From Gekko japonicus (taxonomy: Eukaryota), in the NCBI RefSeq assembly GCF_001447785.1, contig NW_015175975.1, forward strand, positions 129,420 through 193,419: a DNA stretch of 64,000 bases. The letters run 5' to 3'. The position numbers were made by a program, and so were the translations under genes. The notes beneath the pieces were generated by a model that worked only from the letters and a program-made list of their open reading frames with translations, was not told the origin of the DNA and did no database searches. Within the stretch, counting starts at the first letter, position 1; the number at the start of each line of letters is the position of its first letter. Of this stretch, positions 37,052 through 49,491 are shown one piece after another.

Positions 37052-38130
37052 TTGGAGAACAGGACAGGCTCTAAAAAATTGCCAAGCTCACAACCAGTGT
37101 GCAGGATCAAATTAGAGATTCACAAAGAGAAAACCACGCACATTTTCAAGTAAGGGGAGGAAATTAGTTACTCTGCAGTTGTGCTACAGCATCTGTGAAA
37201 ATGCCCTCCATTTTGTTTTCAATTTGGTCACAAGATTATAAAAGCTCTCCAGAGCTTCTGCCAGAGGGCTCCTCCCCCATACAAATTGCCGCTCTGTGCA
37301 AAGTGAAGGATCAGCCAATTTTGCAGAGGTGCATGTGCACATCCACCCACCTTTTGCCAACAATCACACCTTGCAATGCCAGTGTCAGTGGGTTCTATCA
37401 TGCATTTTGTACATTCAACATGTTTCCCCATATTATGAGATTGTGTGACTCCCAGTTTTCACAGTAACACAGCAGAGAATCCCCTAGTGCTTGGAAATAT
37501 GGAAAATGGGGCTTTGCAGCTACTTGTCAGTTTCCGAAAAAGTCTGGTCAGTTTCAACAGTGGGGTTTCCCCCTTTGTCTGCACTCCTTTCTGTTCCCTT
37601 TCATTCAATGAACTAAAGCTAAAATGCATGCGCAAAACCTGAACCACAAGGATTTAAATGGAAGGTGCTTGTTGGATGCTACTGTGCAGCTCTGAAAGGG
37701 CAACTGTAATTTAAAAAAAAAAACACTTTGGATGCCACCCCCCAGACATCACAAGTGAAGTTCTACCCCAATTTAGAAGAGTACATTTTAAAAATTGTAG
37801 CTTCAGAATAATTACACCAGAAGAAAAAGAATGTTGCATAAGGAAGGCACAGGATCTGAAGTCAAGATTAAAGTCTTACTGTTCTGAAAATCTGCAGCAA
37901 GATGTGCATGCATAATAGGCCTTACAGAAGAAGATGACACTTTGTTGAGTTCTCACAGAGATGCTAACCCTTTGTCTCTGTTATACTGCTATAGATTGGA
38001 GTTAGGGATTCTCCCAATAGAATGTTCTCCATACAAAACAATTTCTAGCTTACATAAAAGCTAGCATAGCAGGGAAAAGTTAGTAATGAAAATATTTAAT
38101 ACACATATAAGGAGATGCAATGGTGTCACA

Positions 38131-38552
38131 CAGGGGTCATTTCCTGCTGGAGCGTGGCAGAGTGGTGCTTTGGCAGTAAGGAGCCCGGGGTGCCCCCCAC
38201 CGCCATTCCTGGCCCACCTGCAGGCCCCCCTGCCACCTGGGGGGATTTAAATGCCTTTCTTTCCCTTCCCCATCTGGGGAAGGGAGAGAAAGGCATTCTA
38301 AACATGCCTGGGTTCCCTGCCTGATTTTCTCTAGGTGCCCCGTAGCTGTGGGGCACCTGGAGAAGATCAGGCAGAGAATGCAGGCATGTCTGCCTCCCTG
38401 CCCTCCCCTCCCCTCCTCCAGGCAGCCCGCCACAGTGGGCTGCCCAGAGAAGGGGAGGGGAGGCAGGCAGACATGCTCCCTCTTTCCCCTGAGGCTCTTC
38501 ACACCATGAAGTAGGAACAGTTTGATGAAATGTTGATGGAAACTGGCCCTGG
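38131..38552. mobile_element. hAT-like element with CAGGGGTCATTTC left TIR, different body
   Basis: Left TIR identical to 3712; right end uncertain; no TSD. Confidence 0.45.
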
Positions 38553-40412
38553 ATGAAGATCTGAAACAGTGTAAGTCAGCAACTATCATCAGCCTCAACA
38601 TTTGTCTATGTCACAAATGGAACTTTTAAAGACTCTTCCTCACCAATCTTCATAATTACCATCATGTTTACAGTTTGCTGGAGGATTCGAGTATTTGTGG
38701 TTGTGAACTGTGCCAATCTTTGGCATTCTGGATTCTCCCAAATGTCACTGCTCTGTGGCTATCCTTATATGCACTTTATATATTTATGATTAGTTTATGA
38801 TTGGCATGCAGTCCTTAGTGATTTACTTTTTTCATTTCTTAAAATGGTGGGAGTAATTGTTTTGTGAATATTGCTACAAGCACAATCGTGTAATTATTTA
38901 CTAGACATCTCTTTCCGCAGGTCCTGATACATATATATTCCCTCAGACAAACACAGACCAATTTTTATATATTCAGTGGAGCAACTAGTTCTTTGTGTCT
39001 GTCAGTCAAGGTTTTCATAAACACTCCCTTGAATCTGAAGCAGAACAATAATGTTACCAGCCATAGACTATATCCATCAAAGCATAAAACACTTCTCAGC
39101 CTAAATATGCTGCATAGCAATAAATGGTTTGCACAATTTCTGGTGAAGAACAGCTGTGTGTAAACACACACACACATAAATACAAAACATACATTTTATA
39201 CATTTTTATGCTCTGATATTTCCTTTCTACAGACAGCAAGTGAAGGCTTAGTGATAAGGATTTGCCCTTATTTACACTCGAGCTTTTGTGTTATGGTAAG
39301 AGATATGGTCAAAGGATTTTGTGCATTTTGTGCAGTCTGACTCTTGCAGGAGAGCCATCAAAATGAAATATCTTAATGCAGATGGTGTGTTAGAAAGAAG
39401 AATACAAACAAGCGGTCCTTTTGGTACATTGCCAGTTTCTGTGAGGAAACATTTCATGCTGTGAAAATGTCTATTAATAATGTGGTTGCCTGAGAGCCAG
39501 ATGCCAAGTGCCCAAAGTACAAAAAGGTGCCAATGCTATATTTAGGAGAGGGATGTTGATTGGTAAAGGAAGGCAAGTTTCCTTAATGTCCCAACCCTAC
39601 AAGCTGCAGCAGTGCGGTGACTTGTCAGCCCTGTGCGGTGCGGTGACTTGTCAGCCCTGATGTCCTACACTGCCCCAGCCATCACTGAAGTTCCACCCCT
39701 TCTTCCTCTTTTCTGCAACATGGTTGTACAGCACAAAGGCCTTTGGTGGGGCTGGGGTTGCAATAAGCAACAAAGCATCATTTTATCATCCCAGGCACCA
39801 TTTGAGAAGGTCTGCATCATTCTGTCGACACACCCCTGGAAGATGAACCTACTGTCTGAGCATTATCTAAGAGGAATTTATCTCCTTCACAAAACTGGGT
39901 TGGGTTGTTTTTATTTATTGTTTCTCTAAATGCCTTTACCATTTACAATGGCTGAGAAATTTTGCATTAATATTCCATGAGTCCCTTTCAGTGAACACAT
40001 CAATATGGAACTTGGCCTCCTGATCACTGTCTCTGCTCCCTGCCTCCACACATGCAGCTGAAGAGCTTGATAGAACCAACAAGACAAGCTGTTATCTGCA
40101 CAGACTCTTTCTGTGCCATTGGCAGTGTGGAAAAAGATTTGTCAGACAAACATGTAGCAACCAGGAAGAAAGACAACATGCACAATCCTGATTCTTCCCC
40201 CGCCTCCATACATTTACTGAATAAACTATGGCAAGATGTCCTATTGGACTCTCATTGTTTTCCATACAACATGACTATTCTATATTGCCAGCTCCATAAT
40301 TATCAAATGTATCCCAAACCTTCAAAGTTTTATATCATCTTCATTCTCTCTTTTCAGTTTAATAATGTACCTCAATCCTGCAGATGTGGAATGGTATAGA
40401 TATTGAAAGCTA

Positions 40413-40579
40413 TTGGAAGCTTAAGCAGGTTCGGTACTTGGAGGAGACACCACTAACAAAGACTTTGCAGAGGAAGGCAATGGCAAACCACCACTTCTTA
40501 ATCACTTGCTTTGGAAACCAAATGGGGTCATGGTTGCCATAAGACGGCTGTGACTTGACAGCACTTTACACACACTCAC
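40413..40579 (+). mobile_element. 5S-headed SINE with RTE-type tail
   Basis: GGAAGCTTAAGCAGGTTCGGTACTTGGAGGAGAC (5S internal control region-like) then GCAGAGGAAGGCAATGGCAAACCACC...TGACTTGACAGCACTTTACACACAC. Confidence 0.75.
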
Positions 40580-41719
40580 TTCTATTTTGAATATGGCACA
40601 AACTCCAAAATGCAATGGAGCAGAATACTGTTTCTTTGAAGAAACCTCACTGGACTTCTCTACAGATACTCTTTGAAATGTGTACTGTAGCCTCAGAGGG
40701 AGACCTAGCAGTAGATGATTGCCTCATTCTGCTCAGTCTTATTTCTATTGACACCTAGTCCAGATTTCTAAGATATCCAGGATAGATTGGCGCAATAGAT
40801 ACAATTTATGCAAGTTGTCTGCATAGCTGTCCCCCAACTATTTATTAGTTATTAATGAATATCATGAGGAAGAAGATGCTTAGGTGCTTTTTGTTGCTCA
40901 CTTGTACAGGCAGTAATTATGGAAGAAAGTGTGATGTAAAGCCTTGGGCTTTTCCTGAGATATGCTGTCAATAACTGCCCATTTATGAGATGTGCTTGCT
41001 GTAACTCACAAGAGTACATATAACCTATTTGATGATATATTGTTTCAGTTACTGAGGAAGTTCTTTGAAACGGAGTTCTTAATATCCAGATTCTTTGTAT
41101 ATTATTCTTCATATATCTTCACATCAAGAGGAAACTTTTCTACTTGATTGTGCTTATATGGTTGTATTTGTATCAATATTTTGGTTATTATTGAACTCGT
41201 GTTAGTGCCTTTTTCACACAGATTACTATTCCCTGGCAAACCTAACCATTGCAGATGCTCTGAAATCACATTCTTTCTAACTTCTGTTGTAGTCTGCATT
41301 TTTTGTCCAAGGCAAGTGACAGTGAGAATAGGTGAAAGAAGGTCAAGGTTACCCATGGGAGGTTTCCCACCACACTAGACATTTGGGACTTTGTGGACTT
41401 TATACTTAAAACCAGTGGGATGTTGGCTGGGTTGAGGTGTTGGCTGCAGAAGGAGTTATCTGGAATTTTATGTATTGATTGCCTCCAACTATATAAATGC
41501 TGATGGAAGAAAAGACTATTTAATTCACAACTATTGAAATGGTAATGTCTCAGCTCCTGCCCATTCCCTTTTGTCCTTGTCTCTTCTTATGGCTTTGATG
41601 AAGCTGTTTTCTTCCAAACTGTGCAATTTCCTTTTTTTAGTTTACACATAATGTGTCCTCAGTTCTTTGAAATGCATATTATCCCCTCACCTTGTTATTT
41701 TATGTTATTTTATGTTTTA

Positions 41720-42078
41720 GTAAAGGTAAAAAGGTAAAGGTTCCCTTGCTCGAAAGCCAGTCGAATCCGACTCTAGGGTTGCGGTGCTCATCTCCGTTTC
41801 AAAGCCGAAGAGCCAGCGCTGTCCGAAGACGTTTCCGTGGTCATGTGGCCGGCATGACTAAACACCAAGGCGCACGGAACGCTGTTACCTTCCCACCGAA
41901 GTAGTACCTATTTATCTACTTGCATTTTCTTGCTTTCGAACTGCTAGGTTGGCAGGAGCTGGAACTAGAGACAGGAGCTCACCCTGTCTTGCGGCACCCG
42001 GGTCTTGAACCGCTGAACTACTGACCTTCCACAGCCTGCAGTTCAGCGTCTTAACCACTTGAGCCACCGCAGCTCCCC
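41720..42078 (-). mobile_element. Sauria SINE (Squam1)
   Basis: 14-bp TSD TATTTTATGTTTTA; (ACCTTT)n tail. Confidence 0.93.
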
Positions 42079-42114
42079 TATTTTATGTTTTACATCTTCT
42101 CAAATATCTTATGT

Positions 42115-42440
42115 ATAGATGAGAAAGATGGGCTATGAAGAAAGCTGTCATAAAAGAAATTGATTCTTTCTTTGAAATGCGATGTTGGAGGAGAGTTTTT
42201 TGGATAACATGGGCCACCAAAAAGAAAAATAAAGAGGTTCAAGATCAAATTAAGCCTGAACTGGATACCATGGGCCACTAAAAAGACAATAAAGGGGTTC
42301 AAGTTCAAATTAAGCCTGAACTCTTCTTAGAAGCTAAAATGACTAAATTGAAACTATTGTATTTTAATCACATCAGAAGACTTACTGGGAAAGAAATTAC
42401 TGCTAGGAAAAGCCAAAGGCAGTATGAAAAGAGGAAAACT
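42115..42440 (+). mobile_element. RTE/Bov-B LINE ORF2 C-terminal fragment with 61-bp internal duplication
   Basis: WAMKKA...FEMRCWRRV...DQIKPEL.LEAKMTKLKLLYF...LLGKAKGSMKRGK; duplication 42201-42261 / 42262-42322. Confidence 0.8.
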
Positions 42441-44317
42441 GTAAATGTACTTCCGGTGTGCTTCTTGTTGACAGTGCTGGTTTGTTGCTCTATTCTCAGC
42501 TTACTGCTTTACATTTGAATCTAAGGAATTAAAGAGCTCCATAAAACCAGCTGTACTGTGATCTGCCGCAATTCATGGGGGACATACACACATAGAGGCA
42601 GAAAATCTAAAATCAAAATTGCCTCTTGCGATACAGACAGTTAAAATTTAGCTTTAAATAGCTAACAATAAATAGCTAACAAAGGCACAGACAGGATAAA
42701 TACAATTGTTATCATCTGCCAAAGATGTGAATAATTTTCAAAGAAGTTATTTCTGAATAATTGGCTGGTAAAATATATTGAAACCAATTTGAAAATTTAA
42801 AAGAGGGAGAATCAGTTGGGAGATCAAATTCCTGTGAACATGATGACAAGGTACAGCTGCTTGAAACAGCTAAAAGCAGATGTGTGTTTGGGTGACACCA
42901 CAATGTAGAGAGGACTGAGTACATAGACTTTAATCAAACACTCTTCAGCCTCAGTGCTGGGCTATTCTCAGCTTTACTTTGTAGGAATTGTATGAGAACA
43001 AATTATGAACTGTAAAGTACTCTGTATGCTGGAAATGCTATAAAAATGAATAAGATATGTTTCAGATTCTTTCTTTAATATGATGTCACCAGCTTGCTAT
43101 CTAGACCACCTATAATCTTTGATATGTTTGTGTTCACAACATCACTATTACAGGATAGTGTGCATACTGAATCACAGAAATAGCCTGGGCTATCCACATC
43201 AGGGTATTAATCTGTGTGGGCCAGAGAACAGGATCACACCCAGGGTGGGACCAATGGGTGTACCCACCTAGAGCACTGCTTGCAACAGGACCTCAATTCC
43301 TGTCCTGCATTGTCTTCATTCTGGTCACTGCCCCCATCTGGAATGCACTTATCACCGGCTTATTCAGTCTCTGATGAATTTACTGCCCTCTTTGCAGCTA
43401 GCATAAGAGGGAAGTGGTGACCCCCAATAAGGTTCCCATTCCTGAGTTACCTGGTAGTTTCCTCTGCCAAGGAGATGCCCTTTGAGGACTTGGTGGGGGC
43501 TTGGCACAGGGGGAATGCATACCAAATGTGGGAGGAAAGCAGTCAGACAATGACAGAATGTCAGAAGCAGGGTGTGTGGAGATGGAGAGACCACTGAAGC
43601 AGACACAAAGGAGCCCCAAAGTGCAGGAGATCTTCCTTAGCTACCAGGCCAGTTTCAAAAAGAGCTGCTATGAACCTGGTAGAAGACAGGTTTCACAAGT
43701 GACAATGCTGTGAACTGCTTCAGCCATCAGCAGGTGAAGCCTTAGATCTCTGCACTTGGCTGTGTTCAGTCTTGGGGAGCTGCCAAATGGTGAGCAGTAG
43801 CACCAGGTCTGTGTGGGAGGGGAGAGGTCTGGGGGCTACTAAGAAGTGGTTGCGGATCTGTATAAGAGGTTGCTGGGTGGTAGTGAGAGGTCTGTGGGGG
43901 GGGGTTGGCAACAGGAAGTTAGATCATGATTGGCATATTATTATTTTTTGTAAAGGAACACATGGGGAAGGGAGGAAGAGAAAACAGACATGCTGGGAAG
44001 GCTCAAGTGAAGGAGAAATAAGGGGGGATGAGAACGCAGAAACAACAATGTGAAGATTGTAGAGAGGAAGAGAGAAAGTGGTGGTGTTGGGAAGGGAAGG
44101 GGAAAACAGCAACTGCAGCTGAAGCACTGAGGAGAAGGAGAAAGCAGGCAAGAGCAAGAAGAGAGGAAGGTGGCTAGTGGGGGTAGAATTTGTGGTTCTT
44201 TGTGGTTCTCCTGTTTTATATACATAATATGGATTAGCTAAAATCCTGGGGGAAATTACAGAAGAAATAATTCTTTTAAAATCCTTTTTTCCTCTATCTA
44301 TCTTTAAGAAATTGTAA

Positions 44318-44860
44318 AGGGGCTATGCTACAGTGGTATGGCACCTGCTTTGTATGAAGAAGATACCAGGTTTGGTCATTAGCATTTCCAATTAGAAGAA
44401 TCAGGTAAAAAGCATTTGAAAGATCTCCACCTAAGAAACCGGAGAGCTGCTGCCAGTCTGAGCAGACAATGCTGACTTTGGCCCAATCTGCATTTAGCAT
44501 TTGCTCAGTTGTTTTACCAAACCCACACTGGAATAGAAAAAGATGCAGTTCGAAACTGCATTCAACTACGCAGGGCCAACACCGTACTGACTGCAGAGTC
44601 ACCCCCCCCCCCCAATGGTGATAAAACAGCCATAAATCTATGCAGACAGCCACCATAAAACCAGAGATCAAACAAAGTGAAAGCAGCATGCAGTCTGGAC
44701 ACTGCCATAAAATGCGACACTCAATCACAGTGAAAGTGGCATGCAATGTAGACGGGAATTCCTGTTCCAGTGTGGGTTTGGTATGACAGCAGAGCAAATG
44801 CTAGATGCAGACTGGGCCTTTGATAGACCAATGGCCTGATTCAGTATAAGGTGTGAACAT
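44318..44860 (+). mobile_element. Squam2-like SINE interrupted by a MITE
   Basis: Head at 44318; GACAATGCTGACTTT|GATAGACCAATGGCCTGATTCAGTATAAGG rejoins across the MITE. Confidence 0.75.
44480..44818. mobile_element. Harbinger-type MITE with ~57-bp TIRs
   Basis: GGCCCAATCTGCATTTAGCATTTGCTC...CCCACACTGGAA / TTCCAGTGTGGG...GAGCAAATGCTAGATGCAGACTGGGCC; TSD TTT. Confidence 0.88.
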
Positions 44861-45551
44861 GTGTGTTCAGATCTGTTGAACAGAAATCCTCATTTTCCCA
44901 TTTTATTTCCTGACCCATGGAGCTGTTGCTGGCTCCAGGGGGACAGATGTACAAACTCTGGTGAGACTTCCCATGAGACATCCATTGCAGCTAGCAACTT
45001 GATGGAGATGCCTCATTTCACTGTTCAGGGAGAGACGGAAGGCAACCCCCTGGCAACAGTGTGGCCAGGCAATGGGCTATTGGGGCACAGCTGCTTGGCA
45101 TGGGGTGTGCTGCCAGAGATGTCCAGGGCAGGCTAGGAGACTGGTGAGGCCAGTGAGGGCAGGGGGTCTTTGGGCTGGCCAAATGCACAGCCCTGGCCAA
45201 AGCTTAGACAGGGCAGCCTGAAGGGAAATAAGGCTGGAGTGAGGAAGCAGCGAGAAAGAGGAAATCTGGAGGGGGGTACAGGGGGGAGTGAGAAAAATGC
45301 CTCCCAGACACAGCTGGGGAAGAAATTCGGTATCCCAGATAAATGAATAAAGCTTTGTGACTCAGCAGTATTTGTGTCTCTGTGTTAATTTGTACTATCA
45401 GTTCCTGGCTTTTTATGACAGATCACAAGCCCCTTTGCAAGCTTTTTGTGGCCATCTGCATTGCCTCACCCTACACTGGGGGCCATCCCTTCTACACAAG
45501 CATTCTGAACATTACCTTCTTTCTGAAGAGGTATTTCCTTAACTATACAGA

Positions 45552-46784
45552 ATGTTATTCTTAGGCAGGGCTATTTTGGGGCAGGAACTATTGAGGCAGA
45601 CTCAGCACGGTTTCTGTAAGGGAAGATCTTGTCTCACTAACCTGTTAGTGTTCTTTGAGGGGGTGAACAAACATGTGGACAAGGGGGAGCCAATAGATAT
45701 TATTTACCTTGACTTCCAGAAAGCTTTTGATAAAGTTTCTCATCAAAGGCTCCTAAGTAAGCTCAAAAATCATGGGATAGAAGGACAAGTCCTTTTATGG
45801 ATCAAAAACTGGCTAGTTCATAGAAAACAGAGAGTGAGTGTAGGTGGGCAATTTTCTCAGTGGAGGGTGGTAAGCAGTGGGGTACCGCAGGGATCAGTAC
45901 TTGGTCCACTGCTTTTTAACTTGTTCATTAATGATTTGGAGATGGGAGTAAGCAGTGAAGTGGCTAAATTTGCGGATGATACAAAGTTGTTCAGGGTGGT
46001 GAAAACCAGTGAGGATTGTGAGGCACTCCAAGGGGATCTGTCAAGGATGGGCGAGTGGGCGTCAACATGGCAAATGGGGTTCAATGTGGCCAAGTGCAAG
46101 GTGATGCACATTGGAGCCAAAAATCCTAAATATAAATACACATTGATGGGGTCTGAACTGGCAGAGACTGAGCAAGAGAGAGATCTTGGAGTTGTAGTGG
46201 ATAACTCACTGAAAATGTCGAGACAGTGTGTGACTGCAATAAAGAAGGCCAATGCTATGCTGGGGATTATTAGGAAGGGTATTGAAAACAGATCAGCCAA
46301 TATAATAATGCCCCTATATAAATCAATGGTGAGACCTCATTTGGAATACTGTGTGCAGTTCTGGGCACCACACCTTAAAAAGGATATTATAGCTTTGGAA
46401 AAAGTGCAGAAAAGGGCAACTCGAATGATAAAAGGGTTGGAACACTTTCCCTATGAGGAAAGGTTAAAGCGCTTAGGGCTCTTTAGCTTGGAGAAAAGAC
46501 GACTGAGGGGTGACATGATCGAGGTTTATAAGATTATGCATGGGAAAGAGCAGGTAAAGAAAGAGGTACTTTTCTCCCTTTCTCACAATACAAGAACTCG
46601 TGGGCACTCCATGAAACTGCAGAGCGGTCGGGTTAGAACGGATAAAAGGAAGTACTTCTTCACCCAAAGAGTGATTAACACATGGAATTCACTGCCACAG
46701 GAAGTGGTGGGTGCTACAAGCATGGACGGCTTCAAAAGGGAATTAGATAAGCATATGGAGCAGAGGTCCATCAGTGGCTATTAG
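45552..46784 (+). CDS. CR1 ORF2 reverse transcriptase, 5'-truncated but open (410 aa)
   Basis: QHGFCKGRSCLTNL, YLDFQKAFDKV, GVPQGSVLGPLLF, KFADDTKL, RPHLEYCVQFW; first ~12 codons come from flank/MITE. Confidence 0.9.
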   Translation: MLFLGRAILGQELLRQTQHGFCKGRSCLTNLLVFFEGVNKHVDKGEPIDIIYLDFQKAFDKVSHQRLLSKLKNHGIEGQVLLWIKNWLVHRKQRVSVGGQFSQWRVVSSGVPQGSVLGPLLFNLFINDLEMGVSSEVAKFADDTKLFRVVKTSEDCEALQGDLSRMGEWASTWQMGFNVAKCKVMHIGAKNPKYKYTLMGSELAETEQERDLGVVVDNSLKMSRQCVTAIKKANAMLGIIRKGIENRSANIIMPLYKSMVRPHLEYCVQFWAPHLKKDIIALEKVQKRATRMIKGLEHFPYEERLKRLGLFSLEKRRLRGDMIEVYKIMHGKEQVKKEVLFSLSHNTRTRGHSMKLQSGRVRTDKRKYFFTQRVINTWNSLPQEVVGATSMDGFKRELDKHMEQRSISGY

Positions 46785-47000
46785 CCACAAGGTATAGCTA
46801 GGGGCTCTGGGGCAAGTGATGCTCTGTCTTCTTGGTGCTTGGGGGGGGGGTCAACAGTGGGAGGGCTTCTAATGTCCTGGCCCCACTGCTGGACCTCCTG
46901 ATGGCACTGGTATTTCTGGCCACTGTGTGACACAGAGTGTTGGACTGGATGGGCCTTTGGCCTGATCCAACATTGGCGTCTCTTATGTTCTTATGTTCTT
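45589..47000 (+). mobile_element. Young 5'-truncated CR1 LINE
   Basis: Uninterrupted RT to C-terminus reading frame, 3'UTR, (TTCTTATG)n tail. Confidence 0.96.
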
Positions 47001-47292
47001 AACGCACAGGAATGGAGTTCCGGCTGGCTCCTGAGTTGGCCACACCCAGCAGGAACTTATTAGCATAATAGGCCACACCCAACAGCAGAAACTCATTAGG
47101 ATTGGCTACAGTAGGTGTGTGTGGCCTAACATGCAAAGGAGTCCCTGCTACAAAAAAAAGGCCCTGGGTTTTGACAACAAACAAGGTAAACAGAATAAGA
47201 AACAAAAGGTGGGTGTGGCTGGATGACCACACTTCTGGCAACATGGGGCTGCGGCCTAATATGCTAATGAGTTTCAGCTGTTGGGTGTGGCC

Positions 47293-47326
47293 NNNNNNNN
47301 NNNNNNNNNNNNNNNNNNNNNNNNNN
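47293..47326. other. Assembly gap (N run)
   Basis: 34 N. Confidence 1.
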
Positions 47327-47332
47327 TCCTGC

Positions 47333-47654
47333 TGGGCTTTTTCTACAAAAAAAGCCCAGTTCTTAGGCATCTCTTCTAGAATGATCTACAACTCTCTCTT
47401 AGCTAGAAAAGTAGCTAGGCTTATTTCTTCCCTTTCCTGTGCAGTTTGTTAGTTCCTTAAATAATGCTTTTATCACTCTTCAATCAGTTCAGTTGGGCTT
47501 TTTCTACAAAAAAAGCCCAGTTCTTAGGCATCTCTTCTAGAATGATCTACAACTCTCTCTTAGCTAGAAAAGTAGCTAGGCTTATTTCTTCCCTTTCCTG
47601 TGCAGTTTGTTAGTTCCTTAAATAATGCTTTTATCACTCTTCAATCAGTTCAGT
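47333..47654. repeat. Exact 161-bp tandem duplication next to a gap
   Basis: 47333-47493 repeated at 47494-47654. Confidence 0.9.
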
Positions 47655-47823
47655 GTCCTGACTACTGCACAGGCACTCCACCAACAGCTACCATATAAAA
47701 AGTAAATAACATGAGGACAGACACAGGACTTCCACCACCTCACTTAGTTTGACCTCAGTCTCAAGACAAGGGGTAATAATCTGCTCTGTTAAGATTTATT
47801 TAAGGAAGCTGGAATACAATATT

Positions 47824-48740
47824 GAACATAAGAACATAAGAGATGCCAATGTTGGATCAGGCCAAAGGCCCATCCAGTCCAGCACTCTGTGTCACATAGT
47901 GGCCAAAAATACCAGGTGCCATCAGGAGGTCCACCAGTGGGGCCAGGACATTAGAAGCCCTCCCACTGTTGACCCCCCCAAGCACCAAGAAGACAGGGCA
48001 TCACTTGCCCCAGAGCCCCTATCTAATAGCCACTGATGCACCTCTGCTCCATATGCTTTTCTAATTCCCTTTTGAAGCCGTTCATGCTTGTAGCCGCCAC
48101 CACTTCCTGTGGCAGTGAATTCCATGGGTTAATCACTCTTTGGGTGAAGAAGTGTCTGCGGGCTCTGAGATCTTCAGGGGGACAGGACCGTGGGAGTACG
48201 CCAGGATGACAACTTCATCAGAAAACAGAATCAGGCTTTCTCTCAGTGATGGGTCTCAGGAGCTTTCTCTCTCTCCTACACAGCCATGGGAGGTCGATTA
48301 TTGAGTTACGAGTTAAATTCACTCTCTCTGTCATCATCTGACCTCGCTATCATTCCTCCTCGAGTCCACCTGTAATTCTTGTATTTCTTTTACATTGAAG
48401 TCATCTTCCCCGCGTGGTCCCACCACTCACTTCTTAAAGTAACCCCACCATTCATCTATCCCTCGGGATCCTGCCCTCAGAACTGCTAGACTGCCAACCA
48501 GTCTCCTTCCGATCGGGACCTTGTCTAGTACCCCAGCGTGTGCCTCTCCCTTGTCTCCCTCCTTTCAGGGAGGGGCTCCCCCTTTTCGGATGTCTGGCCA
48601 ATGTTCCTGCGCTTCCTGGAAATGGTCGTTGGCTTCCTCCTCTGACCCCTCTCTGACTGAGGGGGATTGCTCCTGCATAGTCGGGAGGTCTCTGGCATCG
48701 CCCTCCCGACAGAAGTACTTCCTTTTATCTGTTCTAACCT
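47824..48740 (-). mobile_element. CR1 3' fragment interrupted by a solo LTR
   Basis: GAACATAAGAACATAAG tail; GGGTGAAGAAG|...|GAAGTACTTCCTTTTATCTG rejoins. Confidence 0.9.
48153..48711. mobile_element. Solo LTR (559 bp), 4-bp TSD
   Basis: TGTCTGCGGG ... CCCTCCCGACA termini; TSD GAAG defined by the interrupted CR1. Confidence 0.88.
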
Positions 48741-48767
48741 CTCTCCTCCTTCCTCATGCTGTACAGG

Positions 48768-49491
48768 CAGGCCTGTAGCTACTGCAGGGCTCATCAGGCC
48801 CACCCCCCCTGCAGTTTTACCCTCCCCCCGCCATTGCTGCCCTCAGCCCAGCAACTGGTGACTCTGCACCGCCTGCTGCTGCCCCAGCCTTCCTTGCTGT
48901 TTCCGCCCCAGCCTTCCTTGCTGCTGCCAGGAAGTCAAAGGGGAGGACTGCTAAGTGGGGACACCTGCCACATGCTGTGCCTCCCTCCTGGGAGCCTGCC
49001 TGCCTCCCTCCCTGCCACGTCCAGCCAGGCTCCTGCGAGGAGGAGGCACCTCAGCCTAAGCACCTGGATCAGAAGCCGGCTCCATGAACTCCCCAGCTCG
49101 CCTGTTGACAATGGGGGCACTCATCTAAGCCCCCGCAAGCATGGGCATGCCAGGCATGGCTCTCTCCCCCTTCCACCTTCTCTCCGGGCGGGCCACTGTC
49201 TTCAACGAGCTCCATGGGACTTCATGTCAGAGCCCCTGGCCAGGGCTCCTTCCTGACCGGGTCCAGCAAACTCCAGAGCCAAGCGACATGGGGACTCCCT
49301 CCCTCCGGGCCCACGCTCAGAAGCGCTCTCCTTCCTTGACCCCGCAGCAATGGTGGAGGTGACCACCACGGTGCTATGAGTCTCATGGGCACTGAAAGAG
49401 ATGTAGTCCAGGGCCTAAATATCACCACACCATAAGGCCCCCCGAGCAAAACATTGACCCCCTGAGCAAAAAGTTGTTAGCTATGGGGCTG
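48768..49491. mobile_element. Probable hAT-like non-autonomous element
   Basis: CAGGCCTGTAGCTA / TAGCTATGGGGCTG imperfect TIRs around a GC-rich body; no TSD seen. Confidence 0.45.

Larger units (their letters stand above)
45566..47359. mobile_element. hAT MITE (CAGGGCT family) carrying a nested CR1
   Basis: Left TIR CAGGGCTATTTT, right end AAAAAAGCCCAG; 8-bp TSD TTCTTAGG at 45558-45565 and 47360-47367; extra internal end AAAAGGCCCTG at ~47166. Confidence 0.75.

Noticed and set aside
47333-47654. Exact 161-bp tandem duplication as a biological event
   Set aside because: Identical copies immediately beside an N gap; most likely a scaffolding artefact
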